Under the pieces are notes generated by a model. The model searched no databases. It was given only the letters and a program-made list of their open reading frames with translations, and had not been told where the DNA came from. From Thermoanaerobaculia bacterium (GTDB taxonomy: Bacteria; Acidobacteriota; Thermoanaerobaculia; Multivoradales; Multivoraceae), in the NCBI GenBank assembly GCA_963666565.1, contig OY762911.1, forward strand, positions 864,001 through 928,000: a stretch of DNA of 64,000 nucleotides. The letters run 5' to 3'. Position 1 is the stretch's first letter. Each line of letters starts with the position of its first letter. A program made the position numbers and the translations under genes. Positions 52,498 through 61,515 of the stretch are shown here, in pieces.

Positions 52498-52538
52498 GCG
52501 CCGGCGACGGGTCTGCCCGGGCGCGCTACGCTCCGCGC

Positions 52539-53594
52539 ATGACGGTGGAGCAACCTGGCGCGGCGGAACAGCGCTTCTCGCCGATCCGGTGGAGCGGCGA
52601 CGAGCTTCTGCTGCTGGACCAGACCCGGCTGCCGGAGCGGGAGATCTGGCTTCACTGCCGGCGGCCGGAGGACGTCGCCGGCGCGATTCGCCGGCTCTCC
52701 GTGCGCGGCGCGCCGGCCATCGGCGTCGCCGCGGCCTATGGCCTGGTCCTCGGCGCCGGCGACTTCGACGCCGCCTGGGAGCTGCTGCTCTCCACCCGGC
52801 CGACCGCGGTCAACCTGCGCTGGGCGCTGGAACAGGGCCGCGCGGTCCGCGACCGCTGCGCCGTGGCCGGAGAGGAGGCCCGTCTGCGGGAACGCTTGCT
52901 CGACTGGGCCCGCGAACTGCACCGCCAGGACGTCGAGGCGAACCGCCGCATCGGCCGCTTCGGCCGCGAACTGTTCGAGCAGGGCGACCGGGTCCTGACC
53001 CACTGCAACACCGGCGCCCTCGCCACGGCGGGCTACGGCACCGCCATCGGCGTCGTCGAGGCGGCCTGGTCCGCCGGCCGGCTGGCCAGCGTCTGGGTCG
53101 ACGAGACGCGGCCGCTGCTCCAGGGCGCCCGGCTGACCACCTGGGAACTGGCACGGCTCGAGATCCCGCACCGGCTGATCACCGACAACAGCGCCGGCGC
53201 CGTCATCGCGCGCGGCTGGGTCCAGAAGATCGTCGTCGGCGCCGACCGGGTCGCCGCCAACGGCGACGTGGCGAACAAGGTCGGCACCTACACCGTGGCC
53301 GTGCTGGCGGCCCGGCACGGCGTGCCGTTCTACGTCGCGGCGCCCCTGTCGACGATCGACCGCGACACGGCGTCCGGCGCCAACATCCCGATCGAGGAGC
53401 GCGATCCGGACGAAGTCGTCCACGCCTTCGGCAAGCGGATCGCTCCGCGGGACACCGAGGCCCTCAACTTGGCCTTCGACGTGACGCCGGCCGAACTCGT
53501 CGCGGGCCTGATCACGGATGCCGGCGTGCTTCGGCCGCCCTACACGGAGTCGATCGCCTCGGCCTTCGGAAACCGGGAATCCGCCGGCCGTTGA
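52539..53594 (+). CDS. mtnA: S-methyl-5-thioribose-1-phosphate isomerase
   Basis: LLDQTRLP, VRGAPAIG, RPTAVNL, THCNTGALAT, ETRPLLQGARLT, NGDVANKVGTY. Confidence 0.95.
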   Translation: MTVEQPGAAEQRFSPIRWSGDELLLLDQTRLPEREIWLHCRRPEDVAGAIRRLSVRGAPAIGVAAAYGLVLGAGDFDAAWELLLSTRPTAVNLRWALEQGRAVRDRCAVAGEEARLRERLLDWARELHRQDVEANRRIGRFGRELFEQGDRVLTHCNTGALATAGYGTAIGVVEAAWSAGRLASVWVDETRPLLQGARLTTWELARLEIPHRLITDNSAGAVIARGWVQKIVVGADRVAANGDVANKVGTYTVAVLAARHGVPFYVAAPLSTIDRDTASGANIPIEERDPDEVVHAFGKRIAPRDTEALNLAFDVTPAELVAGLITDAGVLRPPYTESIASAFGNRESAGR

Positions 53595-53607
53595 CCTGCA
53601 GCCTGCG

Positions 53608-55317
53608 TTACCAGAGTCGTGAGACCTCGTCGTCGTACCCGGTCATTTCCCAACGCATGAGCGACCAGGGTATCTGGCCCGTGGCGTAGACCTCGTCCAG
53701 GAACTCCCGCAAGACGAAGTCGTCGCCGAGTTGATTGGCGCGGTCTCGCATCAGTTTCATGAACTGGACCTTCCCCAGGACCATGAGCATGTGATGCCCC
53801 ACGCCGCGCAGCGTCGTGTCCAGTTCGAACCAAAGGTGGTGGCTGCCCTCCAGCAGTTCCCCGTGCGGCGCATTGTCGATGCAGAACTGCGTCGCCTCTT
53901 CCAGGCTCCAGTCGCCGCTGTGCATGTAGATGTCGGAGAGTGCGCGCACGGTGCGGAAAGCCGCCTGTTCGTAGGTGACCTCCCTGCCGTGGGGATTGCG
54001 TCCGTCCAGGTACCCCGCATGCATCAGCAACTCCTCGAGGGCGAACGCAAGTCCCTCGTCCCGAGCCGTGGAGATCTTGTACGGCCGCTCGCCGCCGCGG
54101 ATCGGCCGCTCGTCTCGCTCGGCCCGGAGCATGTCGAAGTGATGGCCGACCAGCTCATGCGTATTCTCCATCACCGCCTCGCGGTGGGAGAAGTTGAAGA
54201 AGTAGTCGTGCGTCTCGGGCCAGGGATCCTCCAAGGAGTAGCCCTTTCCAAAGAGGCGCGAGTCGAAATAGTCATCCGGCACGAGGAAGTCGTGCACGGT
54301 GAAGATCTCCTCGTCGCGCAGAAAGTCCATGACATGATCGACGGCTTCCTCGATGCCCTCTCTGTACTCGACCTGTGACCCGACAGGTACAAGGGGTGGA
54401 ACGTCGCGATTGCGGTTTTCCTCCAGTCGCTGGAAGGTGATCACGCGATTGTCCTCGAGCTCGACGATCGTCCGAATGTCCTCCCAGGTGTAGGGAACCA
54501 GATACACGTTTCTGAGCAGCCAGTTGTAGTTCTCCTTGTCCACACCGGCAGTGCCCGTCATCCGGTGTTCGTTGGACCGAATCCAGTCTTCATAGTCGTC
54601 GATGGCGGTCAGCGCCGACTCGACGTCGGCTACGAGTTCCGGATGATGAGTCCTGAGACCCTGAGCGAGCGATCCATAGGACGATCTGGTATCTCCGATG
54701 GAGAGGATCGCCAGAGTGGCCAGGTCGGCGGCGACAAGCGAAAAGTCGTTGAGATTCTCTTTCGCCTGCTGCACCAGATCCGGTACCGACCTGAGCCTCG
54801 ATTGCAGATCCGCGACCTCGTTCCCCTGGAGCGGCGGTTCAGCTACCCAGGCGAACGTGGCGATCACGTCGTTGTAGAAGCCGGGATCCGTCGACCAGGG
54901 ACTGAGAACCCGGTGCTGGAACTCATAGCCGTTCATCTCCGCCCGGACGAGGTGGTAGTCGACCTGTTCCGGGATCGTCCAGCCCGCGGGATCGATCGAC
55001 TTCAACCGCTCCTGGAACGTGCTCAGTTCGCGGTACTTCTCCGCCATCGCATCGGCGGAGAAGTCCGGTTCGGCGTCCAGGTTCGAGAGGATCCAGCCGC
55101 TCTGCGAATAGGACTGCATGTTGCCGGCGCCAGCTTGCTGGAACGAACGAAACTCTCCGAACAGGGAGACCAGGTCCGCGTAGTCGGCGCTTGCGATAGG
55201 CGGAGTCGTGTCGCTGTCGGCGGCATCGCCTCCCGAGTCGTTCGGCAGCAACAGGTACAGGACGAGGCCGGCGAGGACGACCACCAGTGCGACGAGAAGA
55301 TTGCGGTTGGTTATCAT
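53608..55317 (-). CDS. DUF885-family exported protein
   Basis: N-terminal TM helix, DYHLVRAEMNG, PW..DPGFY, HELVGH, EGLA..LEE; visibly less GC-biased than its neighbours. Confidence 0.7.
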   Translation of the reverse strand: MITNRNLLVALVVVLAGLVLYLLLPNDSGGDAADSDTTPPIASADYADLVSLFGEFRSFQQAGAGNMQSYSQSGWILSNLDAEPDFSADAMAEKYRELSTFQERLKSIDPAGWTIPEQVDYHLVRAEMNGYEFQHRVLSPWSTDPGFYNDVIATFAWVAEPPLQGNEVADLQSRLRSVPDLVQQAKENLNDFSLVAADLATLAILSIGDTRSSYGSLAQGLRTHHPELVADVESALTAIDDYEDWIRSNEHRMTGTAGVDKENYNWLLRNVYLVPYTWEDIRTIVELEDNRVITFQRLEENRNRDVPPLVPVGSQVEYREGIEEAVDHVMDFLRDEEIFTVHDFLVPDDYFDSRLFGKGYSLEDPWPETHDYFFNFSHREAVMENTHELVGHHFDMLRAERDERPIRGGERPYKISTARDEGLAFALEELLMHAGYLDGRNPHGREVTYEQAAFRTVRALSDIYMHSGDWSLEEATQFCIDNAPHGELLEGSHHLWFELDTTLRGVGHHMLMVLGKVQFMKLMRDRANQLGDDFVLREFLDEVYATGQIPWSLMRWEMTGYDDEVSRLW

Positions 55318-55430
55318 GTTCCGCCCCCGAATGCTGCTTGCCGTTGTCTTGTCGTCCGCGAACTTCCTGTCCTGGCGCTCACCCGCCGAAGATGACCGCT
55401 GCCCCTCCGGGCGGCTGCGGACGCCCCACA

Positions 55431-55476
55431 CGGGGTGCGCCGGCGTCTCCGCCGGCAGCCGCCGAAAGGCGGCCAG
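55431..55476 (+). repeat. REP-like family B variant with covaried stem
   Basis: GGGGTGC-GCCGGCG-TCTC-CGCCGGC-A-GCCGCC-GAAA-GGCGGC-CAG. Confidence 0.7.
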
Positions 55477-55588
55477 AGGATGAGGGCGACGAACGTCGCT
55501 CGGTCAATCATATGGGCACGTCCATCCATATGGGCATGTCCACCGAGCCGCTGACTGTGCCGCTGGCCGACCGGGGCGTTGCCGGCTG

Positions 55589-56761
55589 TTGAGCGGTCAT
55601 CAGGACCTCAGCGCCGCCTTCGAGCAATTCGCGCGCGTCGAGGCGCCGGACCTCGACTCGCCGACGTACGCGGAACTTGCGGCGGGCGTGGCCGGAGACG
55701 GCGAACTGCTGGCGCTGGCGGCGCGCCGGCAGGCGGGTCAGCCGGCGCCGAACATGCTGTTCGGGGCGGTGCAGTACCTGCTCCTGCAGGGAGTCGAGCA
55801 CCCGCTCGCGGCCCACTACCCGATCCTGGCCGGCGGTGAGCGTTCGGCGGGGCCGAGCCGGCCGGTCGCGCCCTCCGCCGGCGCCGGCGGTGGTTCGCCG
55901 GCGTCCGGGCCGGGCGCCGGGAACGAAGGCGTTCGGCCCGCCTTCCCGCTGTTCCGCGAGTTCTGCCTCGAACACCGGGAGAGGGTTGCCGAACTGATCG
56001 CGACCCGAAGCACCCAGACCCAGGTGGTGCGGCGCTGCACCTGCCTGCTGCCGGCCTTCGGCCTCGTCCACAGGGAAGCCCGCGCCCCGCTGGCGCTGGT
56101 CGACATCGGGGCCAGCGCCGGTCTCAACCTCCTCTTCGACCGCTACTCCTACCGGTACTGGAGAGTCGCGCGCGCGCCCCGCGAGCCTCGCGCACGGCGT
56201 GGCGACCCGCCTGCGCTCCTGCGCTGGGGACCGCCGGACGCAGCGGTCGCGCTCGACGCCGAGCTGCGGGGCGGCGAGCTGCCGCCGGCGCCGCCCGGCG
56301 AGATCCCGGTGGCTGGCCGCGACGGAATCGACCTCAACCCGATCGACCTTGACGACCCGGACCAGTTGCTCTGGCTGCGCGCGCTGATCTGGCCCGAGCA
56401 TGTGGAGCGGCACGCGCAACTAGTCGCCGCCGCGGCCGAGCTGAAGGAGCGCCCGGTACGGCTCCACCGAGGCGACGCGACGGCCATGCTCGGCGGCGTG
56501 CTCGACCGGGTTCCCGCCGGCGCCGCGCTCGTCGTCTACTCCACGATCGCGCTGTACCAGGTGCCCCCCGCAGGCCGCCGCCGGATCGCGCGAACCCTGG
56601 CCGAACGCAGCCGCTTGCGCCCCGTCTGGCAGGTCGCGCTCGAAGGCGTCCATCCTCCGAGGCTGACGCTGACGCGCTACCTCGACGGGTCGCGGCGCGG
56701 AACGGAGCTGCTCGCCCGCGCCTCGCCCCACGGCTGGTGGATGGAGTGGCGCGGCGCCTGA
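55589..56761 (+). CDS. DUF2332-family protein
   Basis: SPTY, PNMLFGAVQYL, TQT..VRRC, IGASAGLNL.FDRY, WLRALIWPEH, PHG.W.EW. Confidence 0.78.
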   Translation: MSGHQDLSAAFEQFARVEAPDLDSPTYAELAAGVAGDGELLALAARRQAGQPAPNMLFGAVQYLLLQGVEHPLAAHYPILAGGERSAGPSRPVAPSAGAGGGSPASGPGAGNEGVRPAFPLFREFCLEHRERVAELIATRSTQTQVVRRCTCLLPAFGLVHREARAPLALVDIGASAGLNLLFDRYSYRYWRVARAPREPRARRGDPPALLRWGPPDAAVALDAELRGGELPPAPPGEIPVAGRDGIDLNPIDLDDPDQLLWLRALIWPEHVERHAQLVAAAAELKERPVRLHRGDATAMLGGVLDRVPAGAALVVYSTIALYQVPPAGRRRIARTLAERSRLRPVWQVALEGVHPPRLTLTRYLDGSRRGTELLARASPHGWWMEWRGA

Positions 56762-56860
56762 GCCGCTCGGCGGCGCTTTCCCGCGCGGCGATTCAGTACC
56801 GGGCTTCGCGGGCGGGCCGACGAAGTCGGCCGTTGTCGTCTGTGCGGGCGAAGGAGGCGA

Positions 56861-57207
56861 TGGTGGAGGCGGTGGGAATCGAACCCACGTCCGCGAGACT
56901 CGGCGCGAGGGATCTACGTGCGTAGCCTTCACTCGAAGTGTCGCCGCCGGCTTGGGTAGAAGGCCACCACGGCCAACGGCCTAGCCCCGAGAGAATCCGG
57001 CCTGGGTTCGGAGCAGCATCCAGGCGTTCGATCCACTTTGTCGTCGCTCCTGCCGGCGCCGTGAATCAAGGCCCCGGCAGGACCGTGACGGCTTCTAAGC
57101 CGCCAGTGCCAATTCGTCGTTGGCGAGTGTGAAAGGTCCGGTTAGCGAGTCGGACTCGGCACGCAACCCCCGAACCGCATGATCTCCCGTCGAAGCCATG
57201 CGCCCCC
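56861..57207 (-). ncRNA. ssrA: tmRNA (SsrA), tag peptide ANDELALAA
   Basis: 5' GGGGGCGCATGGCTTCGAC and 3' GGTTCGATTCCCACCGCCTCCACCA form an acceptor stem with G3-U; internal frame reads ANDELALAA-stop; TAGAAT -10 at 57219-57224. Confidence 0.95.
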
Positions 57208-57273
57208 AGGGACCGGCGATTCTACACGAGTCGCGACGGCGTGCGCGTCGGTTCGCGTGCCGGCGGTGGTGGC

Positions 57274-57456
57274 ACCCGCCCGGCGTGTGGCTGAAGGAGG
57301 GGTCCCAGGGGCCGCTCGCGCTTTCCTGGTGGACGAGGGGTCGGCGCTCGCTTCGGTCGCCTGCGCTCCACGTCGGCATGGGCGTGTGTGACGGCGTGGC
57401 CGTCGCTTGGCTCCAGCCCCCTGGGACCCCTCCTTCAGCCCGCGCCGGGCTGGACG
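57274..57456 (+). repeat. Structured repeat family A, copy A6 (183 bp)
   Basis: Stem GCCCGGCGTGTGGCTGAAGGAGGGGTCCCAGGGG / CCCCTGGGACCCCTCCTTCAGCCCGCGCCGGGC; core CGCTCGCGCT, GGCGCTCGCTTCGGTCG, CGCTTGGCTCC. Confidence 0.88.
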
Positions 57457-57858
57457 TCGTCGGGTAAGGGGACGCAGAGCGGAGCTTCGGTCTAGAGCTG
57501 GCGCGGGTATGGCTGCGCGGTCCGAGTGCACCGTCCTGCCGGTCTGGTGGGACGGCCTACGCTGGCGGCGGGTGTTTCCCGTGCTGCGCGAACTGGGAGC
57601 TTCGCCGGCCAAAAGTTCCTCCTGAGCCGCGCCTACGAGAAGACCGCGACCACGCCAGTTCGACCTCGACTTCGAACAGAAGCCGCAGCGCGATCTACCG
57701 GGCCTCTGACCGGCTCCGCTTAGCTGCTACGCTGAATCCGTCGTACCAAGGCGTGTGGGCTGGCCCAAGAGTCGGGTCGCCCGCCGAATACGAGAGCCGC
57801 TTACGGTCCGGGGTAGCTCCCCGGACTCGGTGAATAGACGGGACTCCAGAGCCGGCAC

Positions 57859-58056
57859 TTACCCGAGCTTCCTCTTCCGCTCCGGCTCTCCGCCATCGCC
57901 CGTCCCGGCGACCTCGATACTCCGGTTGACGCTCGAGATCGTTTTCTGCACTCGCTTGCTCGCGAGGAAGTCGTCGACGTTCTCTACGTAGAGAGCCCCG
58001 GATCCGGTGACCCTGAGCCGGTCGCCGTTCGCCCTCTTGCTGCTGTCGCTCTTCAC
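57859..58056 (-). CDS. Small hypothetical protein (65 aa)
   Basis: GTGA overlap with the acylase stop; non-low-complexity sequence LRVTGSGALYVENVDDFLASKRVQKTI. Confidence 0.5.
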   Translation of the reverse strand: MKSDSSKRANGDRLRVTGSGALYVENVDDFLASKRVQKTISSVNRSIEVAGTGDGGEPERKRKLG

Positions 58057-60278
58057 CGGTAGTCGCTGGGCCGGTAGGACCGGACCGTGTTCGCTTCCAC
58101 GTCCTCCCAGTAGAGCCACGCCGGCTTGAAGCGCCGTTCCGAGAGCAGCGTGGCCTGGTCGAAGAAGTGGGGCGACGCTGGCCGGTGGCTCTGGCCGTAG
58201 TGGAGGTAGCTCGCTCCGCGGGTTCTCTCGCCGAACTCGTAGACGGCCATGTAGGAGGCGCCGGTCGCGGCGTAGCGGAGCTTGCGTTCTTCGCCGTTCG
58301 GGAGGGTGGTGGGTGGCGAGTGGTACAGGGTGAAGGCGACGCCGAGGGGGCCGCGGACGCCGGCCAGCGGCAGGCTCGGCTCGTCGTCGGAGAAGGGAAC
58401 ACTGCCGGCTGAGGGTTGGTTCGCGTGGCGCTGGATGCGGTGGATGTCGCCGTAGGGGACGCGCCAGTCGCCGTAGAGATCCGCGAGCTTCTCCGCCGCC
58501 CGCTCCAGGGCGATGAACCGGGCGGCCATGTCGTTCACGTACTCGGGCTTGAGCGTCTCGACGGGGTAGCCGCGGCCGTAGAGCTCCTCGTACCAGCCGA
58601 CGGCCAGGGTGGCCTGGGTCGACGTGAGCGAACTCTCGTAGTCCCAGTCGAGCAGGTGCTCCAGGTAGGGGCGGACGCGGGCGGCGAGGTCCGGGTCGGT
58701 TCGTTCGAGGGTCTCCAGGCGGCGGGCGTAGACAGGGATCTCCGTCATCGGCCAGTAGAGAGTCGTGTCGTAGGCGAGGTCCTGGAAGTCCTCGAAGGTG
58801 AGGTCGCTGGCGTTGCGGAGCAGGTAGCGGGCCATCTTGGCGCGGCGCTTGTCGTCGTGCTTGTCCTCGACCATGTAGGGCGGGAAGTCGAGCAGCGAGG
58901 GGTTGCCGTCGTCGGTGGTCGTGAAGGGCGTCGAGTTGCAGTTCTGGACGTAGCCGGACGGCGGGTTGAGTACCTGCGGCAGCTCTTCGATGGGGTGGAA
59001 GGGGCCCCACTCGTTGTTCGGGTCGGCGCCGTCGACGGGCTTCGTCCAGTCGACCGACGGGTCGCGGCGGGCGATCGTGCCGTTGTAGAGGTAGAAGATG
59101 TTGCCGTCGGCGTCGGCGTAGGTCGTGTTGAAGGTCTGGAGAAGCTGCATCGAGACGGCGGCGTACCACTCGTCGAAATTCGTGGCCTTGGCCTGCGCCA
59201 GCGACTGGACGATGCGGCTGCCTTCGTAGAGGCGGGGCACGCGGACGGCCAGGTAGTGCGTGTCGTCTTCCCTGGCGACGATCGGGCCGTAGTGCGAGCG
59301 CCGGAGCGCGACCTCGCGCGGTTCGAGATTGCCGTCGCCGCCCAGGACGTGGATCGTGGCGCGCCATTCCTCCGCGTCGCGCCAGCCATGGCCGTAGCGG
59401 TACTTCAGCGGGTCGCTCGGGTGGTCGAACGTCAGGCGGTAGGTGTCCGAGATGTCGGCGGCGTTGACGGTGTAGGCCCAGCCGAGCCGCTCGTTGAAGC
59501 CGGCGGTCGGGAACGGGCTGCCGGGGAACATGGCGCCGGAGAAGTTCAGCCCTTCGTCGCTCACGACGTGCATCTCCGTGAACATCCCCGAGCCGTACCA
59601 GGGCTGGTGGGGATTGATGAAGAGCATGGCGGCGCCGTCGCGCGTCTTCGACGGCGCGACGGCCCACTGGTTCGAGCCGAGCGACGCGGCCAATTCCTCC
59701 GCCAGCCGCGGCAGCCGGCCACGCGGCGCGTGGGCGGCGCCGAGCAGCCGGCCGAGCATCATGTAGCGCTCGAATGCCAGTACGTGGAACGGTTCCATCC
59801 GGTCGAGCAGGCGCGGCTTCTCTTCCGGGTGCTTCTCCAGGTAGTCGTTGTAGCCGGCCGCGAAGCCCTCGGCGATGCCCTGAATGTGCTCGGGCAACGT
59901 CGCAAAGTCGCGGCGCGACGTCTCGACCAGGTCGAACAGGGCCACCTCCAAGTCGCTGCGGAACCCCGACTCGCCGACCACTTCGGCGTAGCGGCCGAGC
60001 GCCTTGATGTAGGTGTCCTCGAGCTGGAAGAAGTGGTCCTCGCACTGCGCCCAAGCCGAGCCGAAGGCGACTGCGGCGTCGGTCGACGCCTTGACGTGGG
60101 GCACGCCCCAGTGGTCGCGGTGGATGACGACGTCGGCCGCCCAGGAGGCTGCGTCCCGCGGGCCGCCAGCGGCTGCCGGGGTACTTCGCCCGGTTTCCGT
60201 GTCGGCGGCGCAGCCGACGACTGCGAGCGCAAGGACGGCCGGTGCGACCCGCTTCCTCAAGGGGTGGCTCGAATTCAT
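58053..60278 (-). CDS. Penicillin acylase / AHL-acylase family Ntn hydrolase (lipoprotein)
   Basis: Lipobox VVGC, IHRDHWGVPHV, GSNQWAV (Ser nucleophile), NPH.PW, QNCNS, SPHFFDQA. Confidence 0.92.
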   Translation of the reverse strand: MNSSHPLRKRVAPAVLALAVVGCAADTETGRSTPAAAGGPRDAASWAADVVIHRDHWGVPHVKASTDAAVAFGSAWAQCEDHFFQLEDTYIKALGRYAEVVGESGFRSDLEVALFDLVETSRRDFATLPEHIQGIAEGFAAGYNDYLEKHPEEKPRLLDRMEPFHVLAFERYMMLGRLLGAAHAPRGRLPRLAEELAASLGSNQWAVAPSKTRDGAAMLFINPHQPWYGSGMFTEMHVVSDEGLNFSGAMFPGSPFPTAGFNERLGWAYTVNAADISDTYRLTFDHPSDPLKYRYGHGWRDAEEWRATIHVLGGDGNLEPREVALRRSHYGPIVAREDDTHYLAVRVPRLYEGSRIVQSLAQAKATNFDEWYAAVSMQLLQTFNTTYADADGNIFYLYNGTIARRDPSVDWTKPVDGADPNNEWGPFHPIEELPQVLNPPSGYVQNCNSTPFTTTDDGNPSLLDFPPYMVEDKHDDKRRAKMARYLLRNASDLTFEDFQDLAYDTTLYWPMTEIPVYARRLETLERTDPDLAARVRPYLEHLLDWDYESSLTSTQATLAVGWYEELYGRGYPVETLKPEYVNDMAARFIALERAAEKLADLYGDWRVPYGDIHRIQRHANQPSAGSVPFSDDEPSLPLAGVRGPLGVAFTLYHSPPTTLPNGEERKLRYAATGASYMAVYEFGERTRGASYLHYGQSHRPASPHFFDQATLLSERRFKPAWLYWEDVEANTVRSYRPSDYR

Positions 60279-60294
60279 CGGGCGGGGCGAGCGG

Positions 60295-60693
60295 TCAGTC
60301 GGTTGCTCGGAGCCGCTGAATCCGACCCGGCCACGCCAGTAGCTCGCGGTCCGCGGTTACCAGCCGGTGACCCTCCAGTGCCGTGGAGGCGATGATTCTG
60401 TCGGCTGGGTCGCCGTGGATGTCGTCGAGCAAGCCCGCTCGCAGCGCGATGTCGCCGGTCACCGGGATTTCGGTGATGCCTTGGTCCAGCAGAGATCGAC
60501 GCAACGCTTCCACGGCCAGGTCAAGCTGCACGCGGCCCTTTCTGACCAGCATCCCCATTTCCCAGAACGAGATCGCGGACACCGCGGCGTTGCCGGCAAC
60601 AACCGCCTCGTTGACCGCGTGGCGAGCGCGGCTGCCAAAGCGCCGGTCGTCGCGGATCATCCAGAGAAGGACCACCGTGTCGAGGAGCAGCAA
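60295..60693 (-). CDS. vapC: VapC PIN-domain toxin
   Basis: LLLDT, SAISFWE, HGDPADRIIAST, LVTAD. Confidence 0.9.
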   Translation of the reverse strand: MLLLDTVVLLWMIRDDRRFGSRARHAVNEAVVAGNAAVSAISFWEMGMLVRKGRVQLDLAVEALRRSLLDQGITEIPVTGDIALRAGLLDDIHGDPADRIIASTALEGHRLVTADRELLAWPGRIQRLRATD

Positions 60694-60706
60694 AGGAGCC
60701 TCCTGC

Positions 60707-60970
60707 TCAGTCGGGGTCCTCGCCCAGGATGAGGGCTACTTTCCGCTCTTCATCCCACTCGCAGTCCAGGGGCGCCATGATGTCGCCGGTGATCTTGATC
60801 TGGTCCCGAAAGCAACCGAACAGGCTCTTGGGCTTCTCCCGGTAGGGCACCAGTCGCGACACCGGGCTGCCGTTCTTCGTGATGACCACCTCGTCGCCGG
60901 ATTCGGCGACCTCGTCCATCAGCTTGAGACAGGTCGCCTTGAACTCCGAGGCCTTGATCGTTCGTTCCAT
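60707..60970 (-). CDS. Phd/YefM family antitoxin
   Basis: IKASEFKATCLKLMDEV...EVVITKNG.PV.RLVP, directly upstream of the PIN toxin. Confidence 0.92.
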   Translation of the reverse strand: MERTIKASEFKATCLKLMDEVAESGDEVVITKNGSPVSRLVPYREKPKSLFGCFRDQIKITGDIMAPLDCEWDEERKVALILGEDPD

Positions 60971-61000
60971 GGCACCGCCGACGGTATCACGCCTCCGGCC

Positions 61001-61016
61001 CATGGTCACGACCATG
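61001..61016. promoter_or_regulatory. Putative TA operator palindrome
   Basis: CATGGTC-AC-GACCATG about 30 bp upstream of the antitoxin start, near a TACCGT -10-like hexamer. Confidence 0.6.
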
Positions 61017-61017
61017 G

Positions 61018-61494
61018 TCACGTTCGCCGCGGAGCCAGCGGACCGCCGGGAGTCTCGCCCGGCCGCGGCCCCAGGCTGGCCAGGAAGTCCGCCGCGCCGC
61101 GGTGCCTCAGCCTCGATCCGACGACCAGCCAGGCCAGCAGGATGAGGATGAAGCCGCTCCCGGCCAGGTTCGGCGACGTTCCGGGCAGCAGCGGCCAAGC
61201 CAGCATGGCGAGGACGCCCAGGGCGCCCAGGGCCAGGATGCCGACGGCGGCGGCGTTCGTGGAGTACTCCGAGCGGTCGACGTGGAAGACGACGCGGACA
61301 CCCTCGGCGCTCGGCTGGACCGAGACGGCGCCGTGGAGCACGCCGTAGCGGACGCCGGCCGCCACCGGGAGGGTCAACTGGCCGCCCGTGCCCTGCCGGT
61401 GCCAGGTTCCGTTCCAGGCATCGGCGCCGTCGGCCAGAGCCTCCAGGGCCTCGTCCGGCGTCAGGTCGAGGTCGATCTCATACTGCGGAAGCAC
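61018..61494 (-). CDS. Hypothetical membrane protein
   Basis: Two C-terminal TM helices, GC3-biased codons, co-directional with dusB. Confidence 0.7.
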   Translation of the reverse strand: MLPQYEIDLDLTPDEALEALADGADAWNGTWHRQGTGGQLTLPVAAGVRYGVLHGAVSVQPSAEGVRVVFHVDRSEYSTNAAAVGILALGALGVLAMLAWPLLPGTSPNLAGSGFILILLAWLVVGSRLRHRGAADFLASLGPRPGETPGGPLAPRRT

Positions 61495-61515
61495 GATCGG
61501 CAGGGCCGGCGCGGC

